Shown: positions 18,395-28,570, numbered from the stretch's first letter. The stretch: DNA of 64,000 nt from Chloroflexota bacterium (GCA_036741355.1 DAINSK010000008.1:19757-83756); one strand, 5' to 3'. Notes: generated by a model from the sequence alone, not told the origin. Translations and numbers: made by a program.

Positions 18395-19207
18395 TTATCT
18401 TCCGCTGCTAACGAGCGGTAGATCTGGCGTGTGGTCGATTTCGGCTTCTGGCTTCTCTGCGGGCGGGACGGCCGCAATGGCCGGATGCGCATGGCGACGC
18501 AGGAAGACGAACGATGCGGCGCCGATGATCAGCGATTCCAGCACCGTCATTCCCGCGATCAGCAGCGTCGCGTCCTGCCAAAAGCCCTCGGGGAACATTT
18601 GCACAAGGTGATCCCGCGCCGGATCCAGTTGCCAGTAGTTGTTTCCGAAGCTCAGCTCGTGAAAGCGCAGAAAGAGTGAATCGAAGCTGCCGGTGGCTGC
18701 CAGCACGCCAAATGCCACGATGAGAACGACCGTCACCAGGCAGGTCTGCAACGCGCGCCTTGCGAGCGCCTCGAAGCCCTCTTCCTGCCCCCATACGAAG
18801 ACGCCGACGACGTAGGCGGCGACCAGGAAAAGGGCGATCGCCTCAACCGCGTACACGGCTCGCACGAGGCTCTTCACATCGTGCATGTGGAGAACCTCTT
18901 TCGAATTGAACAGCGGCACCACGTTCCCCGATTGGTCGTGGACCTTGGTGCGCAGGTAGTCGTCCGAGTTGAGGAAATAGGCGCGGATGTCCCGCGTTGC
19001 GTCGATCAGGTCCGACCGCGAGATGTGCGCGACCGAAGGGACATCGTAATGGTCGATGCTATACTGGTAGACACGTTGTTCGCTGAAAGCGAAACGAACG
19101 TTCGTGGTGAGGAGCGCCAACGGCAGCGCCACGAAGAACAAGGCGCGGACGTTCCAGCGCAGTAGACGCCCGGAATTCACTGCCCTCAGCACCGACCCTC
19201 TCTTCAC
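18395..19207 (-). CDS. integral membrane protein (N-terminal TM anchor, an extracytoplasmic domain, three C-terminal TM helices); function unknown
   Basis: Hydrophobic segments are ALFFVALPLALLTT, AIALFLVAAYVVGVFVW, LVTVVLIVAFGVLAA and ATLLIAGMTVLESLIIGAASFVFL. The ORF extends to 19294 but would then overlap the divergent 19239 gene. A GTG at 19207 is proposed as the start. Confidence 0.5.
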   Translation of the reverse strand: MKRGSVLRAVNSGRLLRWNVRALFFVALPLALLTTNVRFAFSEQRVYQYSIDHYDVPSVAHISRSDLIDATRDIRAYFLNSDDYLRTKVHDQSGNVVPLFNSKEVLHMHDVKSLVRAVYAVEAIALFLVAAYVVGVFVWGQEEGFEALARRALQTCLVTVVLIVAFGVLAATGSFDSLFLRFHELSFGNNYWQLDPARDHLVQMFPEGFWQDATLLIAGMTVLESLIIGAASFVFLRRHAHPAIAAVPPAEKPEAEIDHTPDLPLVSSGR

Positions 19208-19238
19208 CGCCGTTATCCTATCACAGGGGTGAACGCAC

Positions 19239-20702
19239 ATGCCCATCACCGTGATCGGGCTCGGCCCCGGCGATCCCGGCCTCCTGACCCTCAATGCTCA
19301 ACGCGCGCTCGCGTCCGCGGAAACTGTGTGGCTGCGTACCGCTCGCCACCCGGGCGTCGATTCGCTACCCATCGGGCCCCGCTACGAGAACTTTGATGGG
19401 CTTTACGATTCGCTCGACAGCTTCGAATCCGTATACGCGGCCATCGTTCAGAACCTGCTTAGTGCAGCCGCAGACGGCGACGTCGTATACGCGGTTCCTG
19501 GTGATCCGCTCGTAGCAGAAGCGACCGTCCGCGGGCTGTTAGACGCGGCGCGGTCCGGCGGACCAGAGGTGCGGCTCATCCCCGGAGTAAGCTTTGTCGA
19601 GGCAGTGCTGCACATGCTCGCACTCGATCCTTTGGAGCACGGGCTCCAGATCGTCGACGCACTGGAGCCGTTCGCGGACCCAACCCGGCCGGCCCTGTTC
19701 GCCCAGGTACACGGCCGGCGCGTCGCCTCGCACCTCAAGATTGCGCTCTTAGATCGCTATCCGCCGGCGCATCGCGTCAAACTGGTGAGCGCCGCGGGCG
19801 TGTCCGGCGAAGAACGCGCGGACGAACTAGAGCTTGCAGAACTGGACCGCAACGAACTGTCCGGTCACCTATCCACGCTGTACGTGCCCGCGCTGCCACT
19901 CGAAGAGAACCGCCGCACTTTTGGCGGCGTGCAAGCGATCGTTCACCGCCTCTACGCCCCCGGCGGCTGTCCGTGGGATCGAGAACAGACCCACGAGACG
20001 CTGAAGCCGAACTTGCTCGAGGAGGCCTATGAGGCGCTGCAGGCGCTGGACGAAAACGACCCGCACGCCTTGAGCGAGGAGCTGGGAGACCTGCTGCTGC
20101 AGATCGCGCTCCACACGGAGATTGCCGAAGAGGCAGGCGAGTTCTCGTACGGGGACGTTTTCGAGTCCATTGCCGGCAAGCTGATACGCCGCCACCCGCA
20201 CGTCTTCGGCGACGTGAAAGCCGACAATGCCGAAGCCGTGATCGCCAACTGGCAAAGGACGAAAGAGGCCGAGAAGGCGGAGCGTGCGGCGGCCATCGGC
20301 GGCGACACCGAGCCCGAATCACTGCTGGCGGGAGTGCCGAGGGCGATGCCGTCGTTGGCCTACGCCCAGGCCGTCCAGGGCCGAGCGGCCGCGGTCGGTT
20401 TCGATTGGCCGAAGGTAGAAGACGTGCTCGACAAACTCAGCGAAGAGGTCGCGGAGCTACGCCGAGCGGCAAACCACACCGAACGGCTCGACGAGTTCGG
20501 CGACGTGGTCTTCGTTCTGGCCAACCTGGCCCGCTGGCTGAAGATCGACGCCGAGGAAGCCGGAAGGATGGCTGGGGCGAAGTTCTACCGGCGCTTCTCA
20601 GCAGTTGAACACCTGGCGCGCGCCGAGGGAAAGCGGCTCTCGGAGATGACCCTTACTGAGGTGGACGCTCTGTGGGACCAGGTCAAACAAGCCGAGGCGT
20701 GA
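19239..20702 (+). CDS. mazG: MazG-family NTP pyrophosphohydrolase fused to an N-terminal tetrapyrrole-methylase-like domain (YabN-like)
   Basis: The N-terminus ITVIGLGPGDPGLLT is a TP-methylase fold. The C-terminus HRLYAPGGCPWDREQTHETLKPNLLEEAYE...LGDLLLQIALH is MazG, and a second MazG repeat follows. Confidence 0.85.
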   Translation: MPITVIGLGPGDPGLLTLNAQRALASAETVWLRTARHPGVDSLPIGPRYENFDGLYDSLDSFESVYAAIVQNLLSAAADGDVVYAVPGDPLVAEATVRGLLDAARSGGPEVRLIPGVSFVEAVLHMLALDPLEHGLQIVDALEPFADPTRPALFAQVHGRRVASHLKIALLDRYPPAHRVKLVSAAGVSGEERADELELAELDRNELSGHLSTLYVPALPLEENRRTFGGVQAIVHRLYAPGGCPWDREQTHETLKPNLLEEAYEALQALDENDPHALSEELGDLLLQIALHTEIAEEAGEFSYGDVFESIAGKLIRRHPHVFGDVKADNAEAVIANWQRTKEAEKAERAAAIGGDTEPESLLAGVPRAMPSLAYAQAVQGRAAAVGFDWPKVEDVLDKLSEEVAELRRAANHTERLDEFGDVVFVLANLARWLKIDAEEAGRMAGAKFYRRFSAVEHLARAEGKRLSEMTLTEVDALWDQVKQAEA

Positions 20703-20867
20703 GCGGATACTTCATTTGGCTTACGCGATCATTCCGACTTGCTTCCCTTTTGTAAGTCTTTGTAAGCCGGTTGTCATTGCGGAGCCGCACGCGACGTGGC
20801 TACACTGACCGAATAGGAGGCTATTCCGGCTAGAGCCGGTTGGCCTCGAGAGTGGAGGACGAACGAC

Positions 20868-21443
20868 ATGGTCACCAAGCAGGATGTAGTCACACCGCAG
20901 CGCTTTGCTTCGGCGATGACCTATCAGCAATACATCGATCAGATCGGTCAGAACAAAGACGAGTTCACGTCAAACTACGCGGGAACGGCTGTTCCGCAGG
21001 AACTGAAGCAGCGGCTGCAGGCACTGGTTGCAAAGCCGAACGGACCGAAAAAGGTCCTGGTACTCGGCGAAGACTGGTGCCCGGACGTCTTCCGCGGCAT
21101 GCCGGTCGTCGCCCGCATCGCCGAGGCCGCGGGCATGGAAATGAAGGTGATGCCTCGCGACCAGAACCTCGACGTCATGAACAACTACCTCAACAAGGGC
21201 GAGTTCCAGTCGGTTCCTACCTTGCTTTTCTACACGAAGGACATGGAGCTTATCCTGGCATGGCACGAGCGCCCGCAGAAGGCGAACGACGAGATGCCCG
21301 AGATGCGCAAACTATACGAAGGCCGCTCGCGCGAAGAGGCCATGCCGGACATTAAGAAGTTCCGCGCTGGACCGATCTGGGCCGGCTGGCGCCAGGCCAC
21401 GATTGAAGAGATCACGAGGCTACTGGAAGAAAAAGTAGCCTGA
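20868..21443 (+). CDS. thioredoxin-fold protein with a single-Cys WCPD motif
   Basis: VLVLGEDWCPDV is a Trx-like fold in which the CxxC motif is reduced to a single C. The protein is 191 aa with no signal peptide. Confidence 0.55.
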   Translation: MVTKQDVVTPQRFASAMTYQQYIDQIGQNKDEFTSNYAGTAVPQELKQRLQALVAKPNGPKKVLVLGEDWCPDVFRGMPVVARIAEAAGMEMKVMPRDQNLDVMNNYLNKGEFQSVPTLLFYTKDMELILAWHERPQKANDEMPEMRKLYEGRSREEAMPDIKKFRAGPIWAGWRQATIEEITRLLEEKVA

Positions 21444-21466
21444 CGCCCAAGTACGCGCGGAATACG

Positions 21467-21506
21467 ACAGCCGGTCTCGCAAAAGGGGCCGGCTGTTTTT
21501 GTTTCA
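21467..21506 (+). terminator. Rho-independent terminator between convergent genes
   Basis: An 8-bp GC-rich stem acagccgg/ccggctgt is followed by tttttgttt, 24 nt after the stop at 21443. Confidence 0.5.
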
Positions 21507-21511
21507 CCGAA

Positions 21512-22378
21512 TTAGCCCGGGCCGGCCCGCGGAACCGCGGGCGGAGGCGCCGCGACCGTGTAGCGGATGCCCGCGGCGTCAAACGCCTCGGTCAACCGGC
21601 GCCGGTACTCGAATCCGACCTTGGCCTGCGCGCCCGGGCGCACCTTGCCGATCATGCGCAGCGTGACCCCCTTTTCATCGATCGACTCGATCCGTACCGG
21701 TTGCGGTGGTTCCAGCACATCGGCGCTTATATTTGGGTCGTCGGTCAGCGCTGTCCCCGTTTGGGCTGCGATCTTGATCGCTTGTTCGAGGTTTGTCGCG
21801 TGCGAAATCAGTACGGCGACGCTCACGCCTGAATAACCGCGCGTTAAATTAGTGGAAACCTGGATCGAGCTATTCGGCACCGAGTGAACGCTGCCGTCGA
21901 CGTCGCGGAGCACCGTACGCCGCAAGGTGATGTCTTCGACGATGCCCGACACGCCGGCAATTGTGACAGAGTCTCCGCGGCGATACTGGTTTTCGCCCAA
22001 GATGAAGATGCCGTTGATCGTGTCCTTTACCATGCTCTGGGCGCCGAGGCCGATCGCAATGCCGCTGATGCCGAGCCCGGTGATCACCGGCGCAATGTTG
22101 TATCCGACCTCGCTCAGGACAATGAAGATGCCAATCAAGAAAATCCCGGCTATCGCCAGCCGCACGAGCACGTGGCTCAGCGTCTCGGCGCGCTTCTCGA
22201 GCTCGGGGCGGTCCGGCTCCAACGCGTTCCGGTAGACCGAACGGCGCACTGCCTTGGGCACCGCGTGCTGCAGGATTTGCTTTGCTGCGACCATGGCGAT
22301 CACGATCGCCAGGACACGCAGTCCGTGCGTCGCAAACCAATCCCCGACGCTGGTGCGGGTCAGCCGGACGGCGAGCAT
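21512..22378 (-). CDS. mscS: small-conductance mechanosensitive channel (MscS family)
   Basis: The TM3 and beta-domain signature is GLGISGIAIGLGAQSMVKDTINGIFILGENQYRRGDSVTIAGVSGIVEDITLRRTVLRDVDGSVHSVPNS. Confidence 0.88.
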   Translation of the reverse strand: MLAVRLTRTSVGDWFATHGLRVLAIVIAMVAAKQILQHAVPKAVRRSVYRNALEPDRPELEKRAETLSHVLVRLAIAGIFLIGIFIVLSEVGYNIAPVITGLGISGIAIGLGAQSMVKDTINGIFILGENQYRRGDSVTIAGVSGIVEDITLRRTVLRDVDGSVHSVPNSSIQVSTNLTRGYSGVSVAVLISHATNLEQAIKIAAQTGTALTDDPNISADVLEPPQPVRIESIDEKGVTLRMIGKVRPGAQAKVGFEYRRRLTEAFDAAGIRYTVAAPPPAVPRAGPG

Positions 22379-22392
22379 GTACGAGCCGAACA

Positions 22393-24681
22393 CTACGCGT
22401 TACCCGAGACGGCGACCTTTTCCAACGGCGCAAAGCTCAGCAACAGTTTCTTGATTCCCAGCTCTCCCTTGAACGCGACCGTCACTTCGACGTCTCCGTC
22501 TCGCGGCGTCGCCGTAATCACGATACCCTGACCGAACTGCGCGTGACGAACGACGTCACCCTTTTCGTATGCGCACACTGCATCGTCGGTTTCCGGCTCC
22601 GGCGGACGGGTGGCGAACGAGACGATCCGCTCGCGTACGCGCCGCGGTCCGGAATATTGTGCTTCTGCGCGGCTGCGCGTCGTCGTAAGCGACACAGGGA
22701 TATCGCGCAAGTAGCGCGACGGGTCGTTGTACGTCGCCGAACCCCAACTTGCCCGGCGAAAGGCGAAGGACAGGTGCAGACGCTCACGGGCACGGGTGAT
22801 ACCGACGTAGCACAGCCGCCGCTCTTCCTCCATCTGCTCGGGGTCGTCGGCAGAACGAGAATGGGGCAACAACCCCTCCTCCATGCCGGTGATGAACACG
22901 ACCGGGAATTCGAGACCCTTGGCCGCGTGCAGGGTTATTAACGTCACCGCGTCCTGCCGTTGATCAAGTTCGTCGACGTCCGAGACGAGCGCGACATCTT
23001 CGAGAAAAGCGGCCAGCGCCGATAGCGGCACGATGTCCTCGGATGGCGCCGCGTCCGGCCCGCGCTCATTGCCGATCTCTTCGACGGCCTTGTCATACTG
23101 CATTGCCAGTCCACCGAGCTCTTCGACGTTCCGCCAGCGCTCTTCACCGTCATCGAAGCTGTCGATAAGAAAGCGCTGGTAGTCGATCCGTTCCAGCACC
23201 TCTTTCAACAGGACTCCAACAGGCTCCCGTTCGGCCAGTTCGATGAACTCGTTGAGCATGCGCACAAAGTTCACCAGCAGCCGCGCGGCACGGGTGTTGA
23301 ATGGCGGCGGCGTCCCTGTCGGTGCATCGCTTAAACCCTGGTCGCGGTCGTGCAACACCTGCAATGCGTAGTATGGCGGCACGCCGAGCTCCTTCGCCCA
23401 TGCCGCCAGGTCGCTTAACGTTGAAGCACCGATACCGCGAGATGGTGTGTTGATGGCCCGCGCCAGGCTGATACCGTCACGGGGATTGTTGATCAGGCGC
23501 AGGTAGGCGAGGACATCCTTCACCTCGCGTCGCTCGTAGAATCGTGTGCCCCCGATCAGCCGGTAACGAGTACCGGACCGTACCAGCGCCTCTTCCAGCA
23601 CACGGGACTGGGCGTTCGTGCGGTACATGACGGCGAAGTCTCTTGGCCGCCGGCCGGAACGCAACCCCGCGGCGATCTCACGCACCACGTACGCTGCTTC
23701 GCCGTCGTCGTCCATCGCTTCAAAGATGGTTACGGGCAGCCCCTTCTCGTTCTCGGTCCACAGCCCTTTTTCGCGCCGCGTGCCCGATGCAGCGATGACG
23801 CCTTGTGCCGCGTCGAGGATGTTTTGCGTCGAGCGATAGTTTTGCTCGAGCAGGACGGTTCTGGCGCCGGGAAAGTCGTGTTCGAAATTGAGGATGTTGC
23901 GGATATCGGCTGCCCGCCAACGATAGATCGACTGGTCTGGGTCGCCCACGACGCAGATGTTCCCGTGACCTTGCGCAAGTTGGCGCATCAACGCGTACTG
24001 GACGATGTTCGTATCCTGAAACTCGTCCACGAGTACGTACAAGAAACGGTCCTGGTACTTCTTCAGCACCTCCGGCGCCACGACGAACAGGTCGAGGGTT
24101 CTTGTGAGCAGGTCGTCGAAGTCGACAGCGTTGTGCTGTTCCAACGCAGCCTGGTACCCACGGTACGACCGGGCGACGATCTCCTCAAAATAGGAGCTGA
24201 CCGCGCGTGAATACTCTTCAGGGCCGCAAAGCTCGTTTTTCGCTTTTGAAATCGCGCTCAGCACCGCGCGCGGGTTCGTTTGCTTCGGGTCGACGCCGAG
24301 CTCCGCGCAAACCCGCTTGACGATGTTGAGCTGGTCGCCGTCGTCAAAGATCGCGAAGTTGCGGTTGAGGCCAATGGCCGCGCCTTCCACTCGCAAGATG
24401 CGCGCACAGACCGAATGGAACGTTCCCAGGGTTACGTCGCGGGCGGTCGCGCCGAGAAGCGCCTCAACGCGCTCGCGCATCTCGCGGGCCGCCTTGTTCG
24501 TGAAGGTGACCGCCAGAATGCGCCACGGTCGCACGTCGCGATCGGCGACCAGGTACGCGATGCGGTGGCTGATGACCCGCGTCTTGCCGCTGCCCGGACC
24601 GGCGAGAATCAGCAGCGGACCCTCCACCGAGGTGACGGCCTCACGCTGGCGGGGATTCAAACCCGCGAGGAGCGCTTCCAT
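22393..24681 (-). CDS. pcrA: ATP-dependent DNA helicase PcrA/UvrD
   Basis: The Walker A is LILAGPGSGKTRV. The remaining UvrD-family motifs are present (TFTNKAAREM, VLVDEFQDTN, VGDPDQSIYRWR, QNYRST, VTLMTLH-like LITLHAAKGLEFPVV) and there is a C-terminal Tudor-like tail. The ATG at 24681 gives the canonical MEALLAGLNPRQ start. Confidence 0.93.
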   Translation of the reverse strand: MEALLAGLNPRQREAVTSVEGPLLILAGPGSGKTRVISHRIAYLVADRDVRPWRILAVTFTNKAAREMRERVEALLGATARDVTLGTFHSVCARILRVEGAAIGLNRNFAIFDDGDQLNIVKRVCAELGVDPKQTNPRAVLSAISKAKNELCGPEEYSRAVSSYFEEIVARSYRGYQAALEQHNAVDFDDLLTRTLDLFVVAPEVLKKYQDRFLYVLVDEFQDTNIVQYALMRQLAQGHGNICVVGDPDQSIYRWRAADIRNILNFEHDFPGARTVLLEQNYRSTQNILDAAQGVIAASGTRREKGLWTENEKGLPVTIFEAMDDDGEAAYVVREIAAGLRSGRRPRDFAVMYRTNAQSRVLEEALVRSGTRYRLIGGTRFYERREVKDVLAYLRLINNPRDGISLARAINTPSRGIGASTLSDLAAWAKELGVPPYYALQVLHDRDQGLSDAPTGTPPPFNTRAARLLVNFVRMLNEFIELAEREPVGVLLKEVLERIDYQRFLIDSFDDGEERWRNVEELGGLAMQYDKAVEEIGNERGPDAAPSEDIVPLSALAAFLEDVALVSDVDELDQRQDAVTLITLHAAKGLEFPVVFITGMEEGLLPHSRSADDPEQMEEERRLCYVGITRARERLHLSFAFRRASWGSATYNDPSRYLRDIPVSLTTTRSRAEAQYSGPRRVRERIVSFATRPPEPETDDAVCAYEKGDVVRHAQFGQGIVITATPRDGDVEVTVAFKGELGIKKLLLSFAPLEKVAVSGNA

Positions 24682-24905
24682 ACAGAATTTCACCCGGTCA
24701 CGAGGCGCATATAGACGTACAAAAGGCCGCGAACCGGCCGCCTGCATACGAGCCGATATCGGGCCACTACTGTAATATGGTAACACGTCGGGATGGCCTG
24801 GACCGCGTTCGCGTTTCGTCTATCGCGACCGTACGATATAATCCGGCGCAGGTTACAGCGCCCACGCGGGTCGATTACCGCGGCCACCCCGGAGCGAGGA
24901 ACTGC

Positions 24906-25499
24906 ATGGTCTCCTGGACACAGCCCGGCGCGGGAACGCTCGCCGTTTCATGGCCGGGTGGTAGCTGGCAGGACACGGCAAAACTCGCCGGAGCGCTGGT
25001 CGCGACCTACATCGTCGTTCTGTGGGTTGCGGCGCTGATCTGGGTATACCGCGATATCCGTGACCGGTCGCGTGACCCGTTCTACCACGCTGTCGCCGTC
25101 TTCGTCGTGCTGGTCTTCAACCTTCCCGGCCTGTGGCTGTACTTGATCCTGCGCCCTAAGGTGACGCTCGCCGAAGCCTACGAGCGCACGCTCGAAGAAG
25201 AGGCGCTGCTGCAGGAGTTGGAAGACCAGAAAGGGTGTCCCACCTGCCACCGGCGGGTGCTGGATGAGTACATCGTCTGCCCAACCTGCACGACCCAACT
25301 GAAAGAGCCGTGTCCGCAGTGCGCCAAGCCGCTGAGCTACTCGTGGGCCGCATGCCCCTTTTGCGCGACGCCGCGCCGGCAGCGCAGCCGCACCGGCGGC
25401 GACGAAGAGGCAACCGTGCCACTTCCCCGCATTCCGGCGACGACTTCGCAGACCACCCAGCCCCTGCGCGCCGGCCCCGTCGTGCCGAGACCGGAGTAA
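24906..25499 (+). CDS. membrane protein with a C-terminal double zinc-ribbon
   Basis: Two TM helices are followed by CPTCHRRVLDEYIVCPTC...CPQCAKPLSYSWAACPFC. The ORF extends 5' to 24777, but the ATG at 24906 is preferred. Confidence 0.55.
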   Translation: MVSWTQPGAGTLAVSWPGGSWQDTAKLAGALVATYIVVLWVAALIWVYRDIRDRSRDPFYHAVAVFVVLVFNLPGLWLYLILRPKVTLAEAYERTLEEEALLQELEDQKGCPTCHRRVLDEYIVCPTCTTQLKEPCPQCAKPLSYSWAACPFCATPRRQRSRTGGDEEATVPLPRIPATTSQTTQPLRAGPVVPRPE

Positions 25500-25514
25500 G
25501 CGCCTTCGCGCCGA

Positions 25515-25551
25515 CCTAACCCCCGGCCCCTTCCCTAAAGGAGGGAAGGGG
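25515..25551. repeat. GC-rich palindromic repeat, copy 3 (variant hairpin)
   Basis: The sequence is cctaacccccgg followed by the hairpin ccccttccct-aaagg-agggaagggg. Its flank is related to copies 1 and 6. Confidence 0.55.
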
Positions 25552-25594
25552 AGCTTATAGTCGGTAGTTGGTGAAGCATTTCGGAGCAGAACCA

Positions 25595-26137
25595 ATGCCA
25601 CGCCTTGAACCTCCGACCCGCGAGGCGCTCTTGCCTGTAGACCAGGCAATTTGGGACGAGATCGTCGGCTCACGCGGCCGGGTAATCGGGCCCTATCTGC
25701 CGCTGATGAAGATGCCAGCGCTGGCGCAACGGGTGGCGGCGCTCGGCGAACAGTTGCGCTTCCATTCATTGCTGCCCGCCGCCGACCGCGAATTGGCGAT
25801 CCTGGCGACCGGCCGGGAGGTCGGCGCGAAGTTTGAGTGGGCCGCGCACGAACCAATCGCCCGTCGCGAGGGAACGCGATCGGAAGCAATCGAAGCCGTT
25901 CGGAGCCAGGGTCCGCTCGATGCCCTGAGCGGCCGCGAACGATTGATCATCACCGTCGTCCGCTCGCTCTACCGAGATCACACCCTCTCCGATACGCTGC
26001 ATGCCCAGGCGATTAAAGACCTCGGCGAGCAGACGCTTGTAGAGCTGGTAACGCTCACCGGGTTCTACGGCCTGATCGGTTTTGTACTCAACGCGTTCGA
26101 GATACCGCTTCCTGAAGGGGCACAGCAGCCGTTCTGA
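25595..26137 (+). CDS. carboxymuconolactone decarboxylase (AhpD-like) family protein
   Basis: Weak CMD-family resemblance (EWAAHEPIARREG; an all-helical profile). Confidence 0.5.
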   Translation: MPRLEPPTREALLPVDQAIWDEIVGSRGRVIGPYLPLMKMPALAQRVAALGEQLRFHSLLPAADRELAILATGREVGAKFEWAAHEPIARREGTRSEAIEAVRSQGPLDALSGRERLIITVVRSLYRDHTLSDTLHAQAIKDLGEQTLVELVTLTGFYGLIGFVLNAFEIPLPEGAQQPF

Positions 26138-26202
26138 CTATTTTCTTGAATCCGGGAATGACGGCTTCCGAAGAGACAATCCTAAGAACCTTGGAGTAAA
26201 AG

Positions 26203-26760
26203 ATGCTTCTGCGGATCCCCGCCGCCCTTGCGATCCTCGTCGTCGTCCTCGTTTTCAGCGGACCTCCTGCGCTGAACGCTCAGCCCGCACCAGCCAGGAG
26301 CCCGGCAGCAAGAGCGCTGAGCCAGTACATTGCGCCGAACTATCCGCCGAGCCTGTACGACGAGGTAACCAACACAGATTATGTCGAAGCTCGGCCGGAA
26401 CTCGCGGACGCCGTGGCTGCCTTCGGGCGAATTACCGGCGTCGAGACGGATCACCTGAACCTGGGCGACGGCCATTCCAACGGCGTGCTCACGATCGACC
26501 TTTTCGATTCTCCCGCGGATGCCTGGGCTTTCGGACAAGCGTTTGTCGCGGCTGAAGACCCCGGCGAAGACCTGGCCGACCTTAGTCTGGGGGACGCTAG
26601 TCTCGGCAGCGATACGTTTATTGTTTTTCAACGGGGACGCGTCTTCGTCACGCTCGTTACGATCTCGGAGTACCAGGCGGGCAGTATCTACACGACAGAC
26701 CTGTTGAACATCGCGGGCCTCGTGGACGCCCGCATCGTCGCAGCGCCACCAGGGGATTAG
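26203..26760 (+). CDS. secreted hypothetical protein
   Basis: A signal peptide (ALAILVVVLVFSGPPALNAQPAP) is present. No recognisable domain. Confidence 0.45.
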   Translation: MLLRIPAALAILVVVLVFSGPPALNAQPAPARSPAARALSQYIAPNYPPSLYDEVTNTDYVEARPELADAVAAFGRITGVETDHLNLGDGHSNGVLTIDLFDSPADAWAFGQAFVAAEDPGEDLADLSLGDASLGSDTFIVFQRGRVFVTLVTISEYQAGSIYTTDLLNIAGLVDARIVAAPPGD

Positions 26761-26851
26761 ACCAGTTTGCTGTGCGTGGTTCGGGTTGGCAACGTGCGCG
26801 GACGTCCGACGCAGTGGTATTAGATCTGAGCTTAACCTGCCCGAACCGGAG

Positions 26852-27802
26852 CTACTTCAGCGCCGCGTCCACCACGGACCAGTCGACCCGGTCCTTGAGC
26901 AGTTCGGTTATACGCTCGAGCTTGCGCTCGCTGCCGAAGCGCGACTGCTGGAAGATGCCGGCCAGGCTATCAACGGTTGCACGCGTATCGGAAGGGGTGA
27001 GCATCACCGCCACCTCCTCGCTGGAGGCGCGGTCGAGCGTGTAGGGACTCGGCGAAATACCGCCGGTGAGGATCAGGCAGTCGGTATCGGTCGCGAGCGC
27101 CGCGAGCTGCAGATCGGTCTTGTCGCTGCGGGTGATCACTGCTTTGTGACCCCGCCGGGAGAAGTATGCATTACTGGAGTCGGTGGTGATCGGGCCGATC
27201 ATCAGCTCTTCGATGACCTGGTCCTCGGCCTCGTCGCCGAGCAACATCTCGGCCTTCAACGTGTCGGCAAGCTCGCCAATCGTGGGTGAATAGAGCACCC
27301 GGTCTTCCGGGATCGCGACGATCAACGGTAGAGCAGCCTCGTCCATCGCCGACTCCGCCGCCAGCATGAACCCCTGCGGCACCGCCGTGATGACCAGACC
27401 GAGAAAGCGCGGGCCAAGGTCGAGCGCCATGTTTTGCAGTTGAAGCGTGGCGTCCTCATTCGGCACGCCACGGTGCACGACGATAACGGCGGCATCCAGC
27501 GTTGATGCCGGAGCATTCGCGCCGGCGCCTGCGGGTGCCTCTATGACGGCAAAGCCGTCTTCGGCAAGCTGCGCGACGGAGGCCTCGGCGCCGTCCAGCG
27601 GTAGAGGGAGTCCACCGCGGCCGCGGGCGCCGGGCAGCGTCGCGAAATAGCCGGCGTCGGCAGTCGCCGCCGAGTCGCCGGTGCCCCCAAGGCGAACCCC
27701 GACGACGCGGCGCCCTTCAAAAGCCAGCCGCTGAACCAGCGCGGCCGCGATAGCGGTTCGCCCCGAGCGCGGCTGCAATGAGGCGATGAGCAAGGCCCGC
27801 AT
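26852..27802 (-). CDS. DRTGG-domain protein with an N-terminal CobQ/Pta-N-like P-loop-like domain
   Basis: AVITRSDKTDLQLAALATDTDCLILTGG is the DRTGG motif. The N-terminus RALLIASLQPRSGRTAIAAAL resembles the Pta N-terminal / dethiobiotin-synthetase-like fold. Confidence 0.55.
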   Translation of the reverse strand: MRALLIASLQPRSGRTAIAAALVQRLAFEGRRVVGVRLGGTGDSAATADAGYFATLPGARGRGGLPLPLDGAEASVAQLAEDGFAVIEAPAGAGANAPASTLDAAVIVVHRGVPNEDATLQLQNMALDLGPRFLGLVITAVPQGFMLAAESAMDEAALPLIVAIPEDRVLYSPTIGELADTLKAEMLLGDEAEDQVIEELMIGPITTDSSNAYFSRRGHKAVITRSDKTDLQLAALATDTDCLILTGGISPSPYTLDRASSEEVAVMLTPSDTRATVDSLAGIFQQSRFGSERKLERITELLKDRVDWSVVDAALK

Positions 27803-27985
27803 CGCGTGTGACTCCAGCGGCAATCTGCACGGCGCTCCGCGCCGCTGCCCGAAGTATACCAACGCCCCGAATACAGGCTAGCAGCGGGGACGGTCATCAT
27901 ATTACGGGTCCGCCATACTCAAACACCGGATCGCCACCTCGGCCAACCAGCACCACGACTGCCGACTTCCGACTGCCCACCCCGC

Positions 27986-28014
27986 TTGCAGTTGCCCGGC
28001 GGCTTTCCGATAAT
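27986..28014 (+). promoter_or_regulatory. candidate promoter for tRNA-Phe (TTGCAG, 17-nt spacer, GATAAT)
   Basis: A consensus-like -35/-10 pair with a 17-nt spacer, 56 nt upstream of the tRNA 5' end. Confidence 0.35.
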
Positions 28015-28070
28015 AACCGGGCAGCCGGTCGCACCTCGACCGCCCCGCAACGGCGCAACGCCCACCACAC

Positions 28071-28146
28071 GCCAAGGTAGCTCAGTCGGTAGAGCATGCG
28101 ACTGAAAATCGCAGTGTCGGCAGTTCGATTCTGCCCCTTGGCACCA
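28071..28146 (+). tRNA. tRNA-Phe (anticodon GAA)
   Basis: A cloverleaf with acceptor GCCAAGG/CCTTGGC, D-arm GCTC-AGTCGGTA-GAGC, anticodon arm TGCGA-CTGAAAA-TCGCA, T-arm GGCAG-TTCGATT-CTGCC and an encoded CCA. Confidence 0.9.
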
Positions 28147-28404
28147 GGGATCATGCGTGGAATCCGGCCGTTTGGCCAGAAGGGGTAATCTCGGGAGCCG
28201 AAGCGTAGGAGTGTCTGAGTTGCGGACTTCGTGTACCAGGCACCGGCCTCGCGCGGCGACGTTACAGCTGCCGGCAGAGAAGCCGATCACCGCGCGGCTC
28301 GGGGGGCCGCCCCGGCCCTTACGCGCCCGACATCGACGACGGCGTGAAGTCCGTCCCTTCCAGGAGTCGGGTCTGCTGGCGATGAAGCAGGTGGTCAAGA
28401 AGTG

Positions 28405-28468
28405 GTGAGGGAGGCGCGGCCCTCACCCCTCTTATCCCCTCTCCCAATACTGGGCGAGGGGACGATCC
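28405..28468. repeat. GC-rich palindromic repeat, copy 4
   Basis: A gtgaggg...ccctcac mini-hairpin, then the hairpin cccctctccca-atac-tgggcgagggg (one G:T position), then acgatcc. Confidence 0.6.
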
Positions 28469-28570
28469 AGCACGGGGACGACGCACCCCGTGGAACGGCT
28501 CGAACGGCTGTCGAGCGCCTAACCGCGGCTGTCCGGAATGCCAATAGCGCCCGGAGTCGGCAACCAGAGA

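Noticed and set aside
20840-21355. 171-aa ORF in an alternative frame over the thioredoxin-like gene
   Set aside because: It has Arg/Gly-rich composition and no motif. The 20868 frame carries the recognisable Trx-fold motif.
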